This document shows, one piece after another, positions 10,660 through 19,196 of a stretch of 64,000 nucleotides of DNA. Each line of letters begins with the position of its first letter. Position 1 is the stretch's first letter. Under the pieces are notes generated by a model that did no database searches, was not told where the DNA came from, and saw nothing but the letters and a program-made list of their open reading frames with translations. Origin of the DNA: a virus (Duplodnaviria > Heunggongvirae > Uroviricota > Caudoviricetes); IMG/VR virus record IMGVR_UViG_2698536476_000008. One strand, 5' to 3'. The translations under genes were made by a program, and so were the position numbers.

Positions 10660-11307
10660 TTACCATTCATAGGGTAAATTAAGCGCTTTTAAACCTTGCT
10701 GGAAGGTATTAAGTGAACCGTTCTTTTGTTGTTCCATTTGTTCGCGTGCCGCTTTCTCATACTGCTCCATCCGTTGGTTATACTCTTGCAATTCCTCTGG
10801 TGAGAGGTTTCCCATTGGGGAGTTTGTACCCGGCCCCCTGGCCCGCTCTTCAAGCGTACCCTGCACGTTTTGATGGCGCATTCCTGGGGCATTTCTGATT
10901 GAGTCAATGCCATTTCTTCCAACGTCTTCTTTATTAACGGCATTGCTCGCCACCAGCACACCCCAGCTAGGAATAGCAAAATCAGGAGCGGTTTCGCATG
11001 CCTTTACCATATAATCGAAAGAGCTTCGATTGATCTCGTTTGCGTCGGGATTTAACAGGCGAGAATATTGATATTTAGCATTTTCGTTGGTTGCGACTTT
11101 ATACAGTTCTTGCTGCACCATCGCTTCAGAAAGTTTAAGGCGTTTCATATCTGACAGTAACTTCTTGCGCATGGATTCGTCTTGACTGACAGCAAAGCCG
11201 TAAACGTGCCCAAGGTATTTCGTATAATCGGTACAAATCTCCTTTACGCTTGATGCTGCATTAACAGTCCCAGCCATAAATAATAACGGTAGTAATAGTT
11301 TTCTCAT
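10660..11307 (-). CDS. Secreted protein carrying a Sit-like motif
   Basis: Probable start at internal Met (MRKLLLPLLFMAGTVNA signal peptide) preceded by AGGTGAGG; C-terminal IRNAPGMRHQNVQGTLEERARGPGT resembles Sit NGRGMRREVVQGTLEERARGKGT. Confidence 0.55.
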   Translation of the reverse strand: MRKLLLPLLFMAGTVNAASSVKEICTDYTKYLGHVYGFAVSQDESMRKKLLSDMKRLKLSEAMVQQELYKVATNENAKYQYSRLLNPDANEINRSSFDYMVKACETAPDFAIPSWGVLVASNAVNKEDVGRNGIDSIRNAPGMRHQNVQGTLEERARGPGTNSPMGNLSPEELQEYNQRMEQYEKAAREQMEQQKNGSLNTFQQGLKALNLPYEW

Positions 11308-11404
11308 TATAACCTCACCTGCCTTATAACTCATTTAGGGTACATATTTTCGCCTTTAAAAAAAAGAGGTTATTAGATCCAATTGTGTATTTATTAAGCA
11401 TGCA

Positions 11405-11420
11405 ATGCTCTAATAAATTT
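11405..11420 (+). promoter_or_regulatory. C1-operator-like site (ATGCTCTAATAAATTT)
   Basis: Match to recalled P1 C1 operator consensus ATTGCTCTAATAAATTT; lies upstream of icd-ant locus. Confidence 0.55.
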
Positions 11421-11589
11421 GTATTTTTAAGTCACGAATGCTATCTTTTCACATCATATTGACCTTTTAATCGTTCAGGCTTATAGTTCCGCCGTCGTAG
11501 CAAATTCTGCGACCGGGTTTAGCAGCCTGAATACTTACGCGGACAACCGCAGATTTCCGATATTGCGGTATTTTTGTGTCCGTAAACCA

Positions 11590-11670
11590 CGTTACGCCCG
11601 AATTATGGTGGGGCGTGATGGGGAGGCTTCGGCCTGCTGGTTTCGTAAGTGCCAGTCTGCTAACCCCGTC
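11590..11670 (+). ncRNA. Candidate c4-like immunity RNA (coordinates approximate)
   Basis: Block TATGGTGGGGCGTGATGGGGAGGCTTCGGCCTGCTGG conserved with 62083-62125, with compensatory changes around a TTCG-loop hairpin; sits between operator and icd as in P1 immI. Confidence 0.35.
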
Positions 11671-11732
11671 ACGTCCTGCCACCTGTTTAGCAGCGGGTCG
11701 CAGGTTGTTTATCAACTTACGAGGCCGTAACT

Positions 11733-11954
11733 ATGGTTAATGCCAATCCTTGCGCACGCCAAGAATTCATCTGGCGGTTCTATTCCTGTAAAAAACACCA
11801 CTATCACTTCGTTATCGCAGCAACAGAAGACGAAGCACGCTCTCAATTGCCTGATGGCCCCTGCATTTTTACTGCCCGTTTTTCAACTAACTCGCGCAAT
11901 TCACTTAGTTACTGGAGCCTCCCCTTCTCTGCCGACGTTCAGGGGGGTTTATGA
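11733..11954 (+). CDS. icd: Icd-like small protein (73 aa), overlaps ant start
   Basis: 73-aa ORF ending in ATGA overlap with ant; paralog at 62222-62443. Confidence 0.55.
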   Translation: MVNANPCARQEFIWRFYSCKKHHYHFVIAATEDEARSQLPDGPCIFTARFSTNSRNSLSYWSLPFSADVQGGL

Positions 11955-12994
11955 AAAAACCTCTCGTCACCCGTAATGACATAGCCGAAGCGATCGCCCT
12001 GCATACTGCCTGTATGCCGACACGGGAGATCCCCGGCGCAATTGCCAACTATTTCATGATAACCAGACGTTTTTATACCCGAACAGATAAGGCTGTGATC
12101 AACAAGCTACTGATAGCCGAGATCAGGGATTATTTGATTGAACAAGGACGTCTACGTTACGCAACAGTGGCAGCAGAAATGAGAAAGGAGGCACATAGAA
12201 TGACCGGTAATAATTTGAATGTTGAAAAAACAGCACCTGTTACGTCAGCTACGCCAGCACCAGCCGTGAATATCATCCCCAACACCGGAGACACAATCGA
12301 CAGCCTGACACTGTTAAAGATGGTCAATGAAGCGCGTAAGTTATGTGGGGAACCAGAGGTTCGGAACAACAAATTCATCGAAAAAATACTCGACGAATTA
12401 GAAGGTGAGGACGGTTACACAAAAAGTGCAACCGTGCCGCCAGGTGGCGGTACGCCTATGGTTGTCATAACCATGACCTACAAACAAGCCCTGCGAGTCG
12501 CCGCACGCGAATCAAAAGCCGTCCGCCGTTCGCTGATCGACAAACTGGAAGAATTGCAGCAGGCAAACTCCCCTGCCCCATCGATCCCCCAAACATTACC
12601 AGAAGCTCTACGCCTGGCTGCCGAGTTGGCAGAACAGAAAATGCAGCTGGAACAACAGCTGGTGGCCGCAGCCCCTAAAGTCGATTTTGCCGACCGGGTA
12701 TCAGTGGCCAATGGAATCCTGATCGGGAACTTTGCAAAGGTCGTTGGACTTAAGCAAAACGCCCTTTTCTCATGGTTGCGCCAGAACGGCATTCTCATGG
12801 CTTTTGGTGCGCGCAAAAACGTACCGCGCCAACAGTACATCAACGCCGGGTATTTCACGGTGAAAGAAGTGGTGCTGGATGATGAAAATGGCTACCAGAT
12901 ACGGCTGACGCCCCAATTAACGGGTAAAGGCCAGCAGTGGTTAACTCGCAAGCTACTTGATGCTGGTTTGTTAAAACCAGTAGCAATAGGTTAA
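11951..12994 (+). CDS. ant: Antirepressor Ant (347 aa) with C-terminal KilAC-type domain
   Basis: C-terminal PKVDFADRVSVANGILIGNFAKVVGLKQNALF...GYFTVKEVVLDDENGYQIRLTPQLTGKGQQWLTRKLLDAG. Confidence 0.75.
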   Translation: MKKPLVTRNDIAEAIALHTACMPTREIPGAIANYFMITRRFYTRTDKAVINKLLIAEIRDYLIEQGRLRYATVAAEMRKEAHRMTGNNLNVEKTAPVTSATPAPAVNIIPNTGDTIDSLTLLKMVNEARKLCGEPEVRNNKFIEKILDELEGEDGYTKSATVPPGGGTPMVVITMTYKQALRVAARESKAVRRSLIDKLEELQQANSPAPSIPQTLPEALRLAAELAEQKMQLEQQLVAAAPKVDFADRVSVANGILIGNFAKVVGLKQNALFSWLRQNGILMAFGARKNVPRQQYINAGYFTVKEVVLDDENGYQIRLTPQLTGKGQQWLTRKLLDAGLLKPVAIG

Positions 12995-13007
12995 CAAAAG
13001 AAAAAAA

Positions 13008-13033
13008 CCTGCCAGCAAACTGGCAGGTTTCTG
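13008..13033 (+). terminator. Rho-independent terminator after ant
   Basis: Stem CCTGCCAG/CTGGCAGG with CAAAC loop followed by TTTCTG. Confidence 0.5.
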
Positions 13034-13071
13034 AGCAGATCGTCCAACCCGATCTGGATCGAATCAGAAAA

Positions 13072-13089
13072 ATTTGCTCTAATAAATTT
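13072..13089 (+). promoter_or_regulatory. C1-operator-like site upstream of kilA-repL
   Basis: TTTGCTCTAATAAATTT. Confidence 0.6.
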
Positions 13090-13158
13090 CGTTTTCTAAG
13101 TGCAAAGAATCACCATTTCGAGCTGGTGATTGAAGGTTGATGCAAATTTGGAGAAAAA

Positions 13159-13959
13159 ATGCAACAAACATTCAATGCGGATATGAATATATCAAACCTT
13201 CATCAAAATGTCGATCCTTCAACCACTCTGCCCGTTATTTGTGGTGTTGAAATTACGACCGACCGCGCTGGCCGTTACAACCTTAATGCTCTACACAGAG
13301 CGAGCGGACTCGGTGCCCATAAAGCGCCAGCTCAATGGCTAAGAACGCTGTCAGCCAAACAGCTCATCGAAGAGCTTGAAAAAGAAACTATGCAGAATTG
13401 CATAGTTTCGTTCGAAGGCCGTGGCGGCGGCACTTTTGCCCATGAATTGCTCGCAGTGGAGTACGCAGGCTGGATTTCTCCCGCGTTTCGGCTGAAGGTA
13501 AACCAGACATTTATCGACTATCGAGCCGGAAGATTACAACCTGCTATTCCGAAGAGCCTCCCAGAAGCTCTCCGTTTGGCTGCTGACCTGGCAGAGCAAA
13601 AGCAACGGCTGGAGCAAAAAATGCTGATGGATGCACCTAAAGTCGAATTCGCCGAACGCGTTGCTACCGCCAGCGGGGTTCTAATCGGCAACTATGCCAA
13701 AGTGCTCGGCCTGGGCCAAAACTATCTCTTCACCTGGTTGCGTGATAACGGAATTCTGATCGCAACCGGTGAACGCAGGAACGTCCCCAAACAAGAATAC
13801 ATATCCCGTGGGTATTTCACCCTTAAAGAAACCGTGATCGATACAAGCAATGGAAGCAGGATTTCTTTCACGACTCGTATAACCGGCAAAGGTCAGCAGT
13901 GGCTGATGAAGCGATTGCTTGATGCTGGTGTGCTGGTACCTGTCGCGGCAACGCGCTAA
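13159..13959 (+). CDS. kilA: KilA (266 aa): KilA-N domain plus KilAC antirepressor-type C-terminus
   Basis: N-terminal ...ITTDRAGRYNLNALHRASGLGAHKAPAQWL...; C-terminal domain shared with Ant; size as recalled for P1 KilA. Confidence 0.7.
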   Translation: MQQTFNADMNISNLHQNVDPSTTLPVICGVEITTDRAGRYNLNALHRASGLGAHKAPAQWLRTLSAKQLIEELEKETMQNCIVSFEGRGGGTFAHELLAVEYAGWISPAFRLKVNQTFIDYRAGRLQPAIPKSLPEALRLAADLAEQKQRLEQKMLMDAPKVEFAERVATASGVLIGNYAKVLGLGQNYLFTWLRDNGILIATGERRNVPKQEYISRGYFTLKETVIDTSNGSRISFTTRITGKGQQWLMKRLLDAGVLVPVAATR

Positions 13960-13988
13960 CAGACGTAGTAAGAACCACCAGCATTGTA

Positions 13989-14834
13989 ATGCTGGCTAAA
14001 GTCACTTTCCTGAGCTGTATAACGATGAGCGATTTTACTTTTTCTGGCTATGAATTGGCCTGCTTTGTAACACACTCCGGTCTATCCCGTAGCGCCGGGC
14101 ATATCCTGTCGCAATGTGCAAATCTAGCGGCAACAACCAGTGAATACTTCATTCACAAGCCTCACCGCCTGATCGCGGCAGAAACTGGTTATAGCCAATC
14201 AACCGTCGTTCGTGCATTCCGTGAAGCTGTAAACAAAGGAATTCTGTCTGTAGAGATTGTTATCGGCGATCACCGTGAACGTCGCGCTAACCTGTACCGG
14301 TTTACACCATCCTTTTTGGCCTTCGCACAACAAGCCAAAAATGCGCTGATTGAAAGCAAATTAAAGATCTCTTCAGCGGCAACCAAGGTTAAAGCTGTTC
14401 TCGCTAAGACATTGGCTTTATTTAATTTTTTATCCACACCCCCATGTCAAAATGATACCCCCTCCCCCTGTCAGGATGACGTGGCAATAAAGAATAAGAA
14501 GTCACAAGTTAAAAAAACAAAAAGATCAGTTTCCGGCGGTGCCGGAACGACCAGACTCAAAAAATTGACTTCATGGATCGCTGAGGCAAAAACAAAGGCT
14601 GACAATCTGCGGTTATCCAAAAAACGCGCTCAAAAACATGAGTTCAAGCAGAAAGTAGAGGCGGCAGCGCGGAAATATGCTTACCTGAAGAACAAGCGTT
14701 CTCCTGATATTGGCGGGGTATCAAACTTCGATAATCTGCCGCATTGCATGACGGTAAACGAAGCTCTTAATGCGGTTTTAGCCAAAAATAAAGATAACGA
14801 ACAATGGGGTATACCGGCAGGATTCAGAGGGTGA
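13989..14834 (+). CDS. repL: RepL lytic replication protein (281 aa)
   Basis: HTH ETGYSQSTVVRAFREAVNKGIL; size and position after kilA as in P1. Confidence 0.7.
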   Translation: MLAKVTFLSCITMSDFTFSGYELACFVTHSGLSRSAGHILSQCANLAATTSEYFIHKPHRLIAAETGYSQSTVVRAFREAVNKGILSVEIVIGDHRERRANLYRFTPSFLAFAQQAKNALIESKLKISSAATKVKAVLAKTLALFNFLSTPPCQNDTPSPCQDDVAIKNKKSQVKKTKRSVSGGAGTTRLKKLTSWIAEAKTKADNLRLSKKRAQKHEFKQKVEAAARKYAYLKNKRSPDIGGVSNFDNLPHCMTVNEALNAVLAKNKDNEQWGIPAGFRG

Positions 14835-15130
14835 TAGATTGCTCTAATCTGGAGTCACCTGGCGTTTTCAGTTTGAGGTCGGAGATGCAATCTGATTTTT
14901 TACAGTTAGCGATCGCTTTTGCAGGATATGTTTGTATTGGCTTCTGTGTATACATGATCAGCCGAAAAATGCTTGTCGATATCGACCGCAAAGAACAAGC
15001 AGAGGAGATCTTAGTATGGATTTTCTTTGGCGCGGTCTGGCCATTAGGGATCATGTTTGCTGCAACATTTCTTCTGATGTGGATATTCACCCTTCCTGGT
15101 GATTTCTATAGAAAAAAAGCCAGACATTGA
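14804..15130 (+). CDS. Small membrane protein (start likely at internal Met near 14885)
   Basis: Two hydrophobic segments in translation; overlaps repL end if started at 14804. Confidence 0.4.
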   Translation: MGYTGRIQRVIDCSNLESPGVFSLRSEMQSDFLQLAIAFAGYVCIGFCVYMISRKMLVDIDRKEQAEEILVWIFFGAVWPLGIMFAATFLLMWIFTLPGDFYRKKARH

Positions 15131-15253
15131 TACAATCGTTGCGGGTGCTTGAGGCTATCTGCTTCAGGCATTACCCGAAAAGCAGATAGAAGAAAGCCCC
15201 AGATAACATCACGCGTCCTGCAAGACGCTTAACATTAATCTGAGGCCATATCT

Positions 15254-15460
15254 ATGCTTAGCATACGTAGATTAGCCTCTTACCGACCAAAAGGTCAAGG
15301 AGAAGTAGGCTATGAAGCAGCAAAAAGCGATGTTAATCGCTCTGATCGTCATCTGTTTAACCGTCATTGTGACGGCACTGGTAACGAGGAAAGACCTCTG
15401 CGAGGTACGAATCCGAACCGGCCAGACGGAGGTCACTGTCTTCACAGCCTACGAATCTGA
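15254..15460 (+). CDS. mok-like overlapping reading frame upstream of and overlapping hok
   Basis: 68-aa ORF in a different frame overlapping the hok-like gene, as in hok/mok/sok loci. Confidence 0.35.
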   Translation: MLSIRRLASYRPKGQGEVGYEAAKSDVNRSDRHLFNRHCDGTGNEERPLRGTNPNRPDGGHCLHSLRI

Positions 15461-15467
15461 AAGGTAA
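15312..15467 (+). CDS. hok: Hok/Gef-family type I toxin (51 aa)
   Basis: Verified codon by codon: MKQQKAMLIALIVICLTVIVTALVTRKDLCEVRIRTGQTEVTVFTAYESER; AGGAG 7 nt upstream; Hok family signature TRK.LCE.R....EV..F.AYES. Confidence 0.85.
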   Translation: MKQQKAMLIALIVICLTVIVTALVTRKDLCEVRIRTGQTEVTVFTAYESER

Positions 15468-15540
15468 GAGACCTGGCGGGGAGAGATCTCCGCCACTCTT
15501 CGTGTGTCAGGTATCCTCAATGCACCCTTTCCTCTCCAAA

Positions 15541-15567
15541 TAAAAAAGCTCCCGAAGGAGCTTTAAA
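15541..15567. terminator. Bidirectional Rho-independent terminator
   Basis: AAAAAAGCTCC-CGAA-GGAGCTTTAAAA between convergent hok and the 169-aa gene. Confidence 0.6.
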
Positions 15568-15583
15568 ATACAAGGGATGACTC

Positions 15584-16093
15584 TTAATCCCACTCAATCC
15601 AGTTGTAGACGATACGAAGTGACGGGCGCACAGCGGCAGTCACATCTTCGGTACTAAAGTCGATTGCATCACTGTAGATTTTGCAGTCCAACATTTCAAT
15701 TGTTGTAGCAGCTTTTGTCACAGCGTTAACCCCGGAAGATTTGGATTCAGGGGTCGCAGCCATCGTGATATCAACATAGTCCTTCGCCGCAATGCGATCC
15801 TTGATGAACTGAAGAATATCGCCTTCGATAGTCTCCACGCACTGGACCTGGATTTCCCCAGAGTTTCGAATTGGTCCGTGCTGGTTGAACTTCACACCAT
15901 TCGGACCATAGTCCTCCACATCCTCGCGGGTCATTTCAGGAATTTGCGACGTGCGAACCAGTACGCTGATATCTTCATGGCCTGCAAAAGTGAGCTGGAA
16001 TTCAGAAGATACCAGTCGTTCGCCTTTGGCCGCGTTGGCAGTATAGCGGCCCTTAATAAATTTACGGTTTCCCTTAGTGTTATTGTGCCCCAT
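15584..16093 (-). CDS. Virion/baseplate-associated protein (169 aa)
   Basis: ORF track; late-operon position. Confidence 0.45.
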   Translation of the reverse strand: MGHNNTKGNRKFIKGRYTANAAKGERLVSSEFQLTFAGHEDISVLVRTSQIPEMTREDVEDYGPNGVKFNQHGPIRNSGEIQVQCVETIEGDILQFIKDRIAAKDYVDITMAATPESKSSGVNAVTKAATTIEMLDCKIYSDAIDFSTEDVTAAVRPSLRIVYNWIEWD

Positions 16094-16104
16094 ATAAAAT
16101 CCTT

Positions 16105-16686
16105 TTACTGGAACGCCCGAACAATATCGGAGCTGTTATATATCGAAGAACCGGTCAACTGGAGGTTGACGGTGTTTTTCAGGAAATGCCCATTGCTGTC
16201 CCTGGGCGCATCGAGATCGAAACTTATGTCCTGGATAGCGACATCAATGATGTTGATCCGGCGACCAATGTTTAGCGTCACACGCTCCGGGATTCGACCA
16301 CCAATACTGGCATCTTTAAGTTCCGGGCTAATCATCGCTGACAATGCGGCGATAGCTCCTGAAACCTCCGTGAATGGGTCAAACAAAGCGATGAAAGTTA
16401 CTGGCAGCGTGAAAGTCGGCGGTGTTCCCCCCTCCCAAACCATTAAGCTGTTCCAACGGGCCACCGACGTTGTTTCAGTACCAACCTGCGCAAAACCACT
16501 GAAAGCACCAGCAACAGATCCCATGGACATACCGGTAAACGGCGCTTCCCAATTCTGGGCCATGTTCATTGCCGCCCCCTGGCTGATATATCCGGTAACC
16601 TGGTACTGAGAGTTCGTTAAAGTAACTTTCAGAAATGGCGATACACCGTCAGCCTGGCTGTAAACCCCATAAGGTATAGGTGCCAT
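16105..16686 (-). CDS. Virion-associated protein (193 aa)
   Basis: ORF track. Confidence 0.45.
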   Translation of the reverse strand: MAPIPYGVYSQADGVSPFLKVTLTNSQYQVTGYISQGAAMNMAQNWEAPFTGMSMGSVAGAFSGFAQVGTETTSVARWNSLMVWEGGTPPTFTLPVTFIALFDPFTEVSGAIAALSAMISPELKDASIGGRIPERVTLNIGRRINIIDVAIQDISFDLDAPRDSNGHFLKNTVNLQLTGSSIYNSSDIVRAFQ

Positions 16687-16721
16687 TCAAGTTAAAGGCC
16701 GGAGTTCTCCGGCCTCCTCCT

Positions 16722-17537
16722 TTAGCCAAGGCGCTTACGGCGCAGTTTCATTGACTTTTTGCGGGCAAGTTTTGCCGCGCCGGTCTGGGCTTTTCGACGC
16801 GCTTTTTTCAGCGCCGATTTTTGAGCCGCAGTCAGACGTTTTTTACGCAGGCGTTTACGGATGAGTTTGATCTCACCGTTACGAACAACCTTCTTAAATG
16901 CTTCAGTCAGCATTTCATCAGAAGTGCCAGCAACAACAAACGCTGCTTCCAGTTCGTCACGGTCGTCGCTATCTAAACCAGCGATAGAGGCACCAACATC
17001 AGCAGCTGCGTCGTCGTCTTCATCATCAGCCAGTGCTTCGATCAGGTCATCATCTACACCGCATGCTGCGAGGAAGTCAGCAACATTTGCCCATGCTTCG
17101 TTATAGGCATCGTCCTGTTCTTCTGTAACTTCGGAGTCGTCGTCATCAGAGATACCAGCGATAGCCTGAACGAAACCATCAAGGGAGTCGAAAGTCAGAT
17201 CACCGCTATCAGCCCAGGCGAAAACGGCGTCGGCCGCATCACTCAACGCATTCTGCATAGCACTTCGATTTGCAGCTTCCAGAATCATCTGGTGCGCCTG
17301 TTCGACGGTCCATTCTTTACCGTCTTTCCCTTCCAGGATTTGCTCAGGAGCCGTGGCAGATGGAACGTTATCGTTAGTCTGTGCCGCCGGTTTCGGATTA
17401 TTATTAATAACCGGATCTGTTGTCGGTTCGGCGCTTGCTCGGGCAGACTCCATCAACTGCACAGGATCAGAGTTCAAAGCGAAACGAGACAGTCCATTCC
17501 CCAAAAATGCCCCGGATTGAAAAAAGTTTTTGCTCAT
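16722..17537 (-). CDS. Acidic protein with strongly basic C-terminal tail (271 aa)
   Basis: D/E-rich centre; C-terminus KRLRKKRLTAAQKSALKKARRKAQTGAAKLARKKSMKLRRKRLG. Confidence 0.5.
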   Translation of the reverse strand: MSKNFFQSGAFLGNGLSRFALNSDPVQLMESARASAEPTTDPVINNNPKPAAQTNDNVPSATAPEQILEGKDGKEWTVEQAHQMILEAANRSAMQNALSDAADAVFAWADSGDLTFDSLDGFVQAIAGISDDDDSEVTEEQDDAYNEAWANVADFLAACGVDDDLIEALADDEDDDAAADVGASIAGLDSDDRDELEAAFVVAGTSDEMLTEAFKKVVRNGEIKLIRKRLRKKRLTAAQKSALKKARRKAQTGAAKLARKKSMKLRRKRLG

Positions 17538-17546
17538 TGTATTTCC

Positions 17547-19136
17547 TTACTTAATAAGCAGCGGTACGCCCTGGATACGACGGGCTACGCCAGTCGGGCA
17601 GCAGGCCCAGACTACTTCCCATTTATCGAATTCCGCCTGCGTAACTTTCAGCACATACGGTTCTGTACCGTCAGCATCAGGATCACGAGGAGCCACCAGA
17701 GCGCCGGAGGCGACAAAGCGATCCAAAAGTTTGGTCATCCCTTTAGTCAGGCCAGACTCAGTAATGCCGTCCGGGTTATGCTTCATCTGTCGGGCTAACT
17801 GGACAAAGAAACGGCTGATTGCGTTCATCAGGGATGGGACGTGCTGGAAATGCAGATAGTTGTCCTGCGTGCAGCAAGTTAAAGCATCATCGATGATCAT
17901 CTGGCCCGAAGTACCTACAGATACTTTATTGAGTCGGCCCTTGACCATAGCTTCTTCGTCCGGGGTGTCTTCAGGATACAGCGGCTGAAGTGATGCACGA
18001 GCTATGACGGCACGTTCTTCACCAGCCGGTGAGTAATGCCAACCGCCGACATCGGAGTTTTTCTTGACGCCACGAGCTTTCGCCGCATACGCCGCGCCAG
18101 ACAGACCGAAGACCACGCGGGATTGGGTCCATTTGTCTTTGCAGGAGAACGGGAAATGATAGACAGCACAGCTTACATAATCGGTACCAAGTAAACCGGT
18201 ATCTTCAACAGCAGAGATCGCTTCCGTGTACGTCAATGTCGGTTTGACATCAAAGAAGCCATCAATCAGGCGATCAGAACAGATATTACCTAACGCAGTG
18301 ATCGCCGCATTGTCATAGCACCCCAGGCCGAGAACAGCGGTGTACATGTACGGCGCATTGTTCAGCACTTTCACCGCACGCAGGTACGCAGCGGTTGAGA
18401 TTTTCGACTGATCGCCGTTGGTACCGCCAGTGAACGCCAACGATTTTTTGTTTGTTACTTTCGCTGTCGAAATCAGCTCTTCATTAACAACCGCGCGCAG
18501 ATATTTAGAACGGGCTTCCAGAGCCGTAGGCAGATAACACAAGCGGCCCATGTCATCTTTCGCTTCTTCCGCCAAAGACACAGTGTGTGTCTCCAGGGTC
18601 GTTACCACGCCGAGCGAAGTCGTCTGGGTCAGTTTTAAGAGGAAGCGTTCATTACCCGCGCTGTCCGCTGTTGCCGTTTCGATGGTTAACTCACGGGTAG
18701 GTGAAATACACGGATCACCATCATCAACGTAGATAGCAAAGGCTTCGCCACTATCAAGTTCAATTTCAGAACCGTATGGCAACGCACTGTAAGCCGGTTC
18801 GCCTGATTCATCGAACATAATAATCGGGAACTTCGCATCATCCGGAACAGCGCGAACAACATAACCAGATGTTTGCTGAATAGCTTCGTATACATGGCGA
18901 ATTGGTTCGAACTGTGAGCCGGAAGACGGCTTCAGCGGTTCGCCGAGAACATCTTCGTAATTGGACTCAGTAACCGCAAGAACAGTAAACGGCTTGCCAC
19001 GCGCAAATACGCCAATACCAGCCCACAAGCTGCTATTTAATGCAACACCGGTAGATAACGTCGCATCGGCATTGATCGGGCTAACCGCGACGCCGGATGC
19101 ATTACCTAATGACTGTTGAATTGAATATTGAGACAT
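17547..19136 (-). CDS. Putative tail sheath protein (529 aa)
   Basis: Size about 58 kDa and position next to head gene; no motif-level confirmation. Confidence 0.4.
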   Translation of the reverse strand: MSQYSIQQSLGNASGVAVSPINADATLSTGVALNSSLWAGIGVFARGKPFTVLAVTESNYEDVLGEPLKPSSGSQFEPIRHVYEAIQQTSGYVVRAVPDDAKFPIIMFDESGEPAYSALPYGSEIELDSGEAFAIYVDDGDPCISPTRELTIETATADSAGNERFLLKLTQTTSLGVVTTLETHTVSLAEEAKDDMGRLCYLPTALEARSKYLRAVVNEELISTAKVTNKKSLAFTGGTNGDQSKISTAAYLRAVKVLNNAPYMYTAVLGLGCYDNAAITALGNICSDRLIDGFFDVKPTLTYTEAISAVEDTGLLGTDYVSCAVYHFPFSCKDKWTQSRVVFGLSGAAYAAKARGVKKNSDVGGWHYSPAGEERAVIARASLQPLYPEDTPDEEAMVKGRLNKVSVGTSGQMIIDDALTCCTQDNYLHFQHVPSLMNAISRFFVQLARQMKHNPDGITESGLTKGMTKLLDRFVASGALVAPRDPDADGTEPYVLKVTQAEFDKWEVVWACCPTGVARRIQGVPLLIK

Positions 19137-19196
19137 AACTTTCCCTGTTATGCGCCCCGCACGGGGGCGCTATGTTAAACGGAGAACTTCCCCTGA

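Noticed and set aside
10689-10979. Minus-strand 96-aa ORF inside the secreted-protein gene
   Set aside because: Embedded alternative frame with no independent support.
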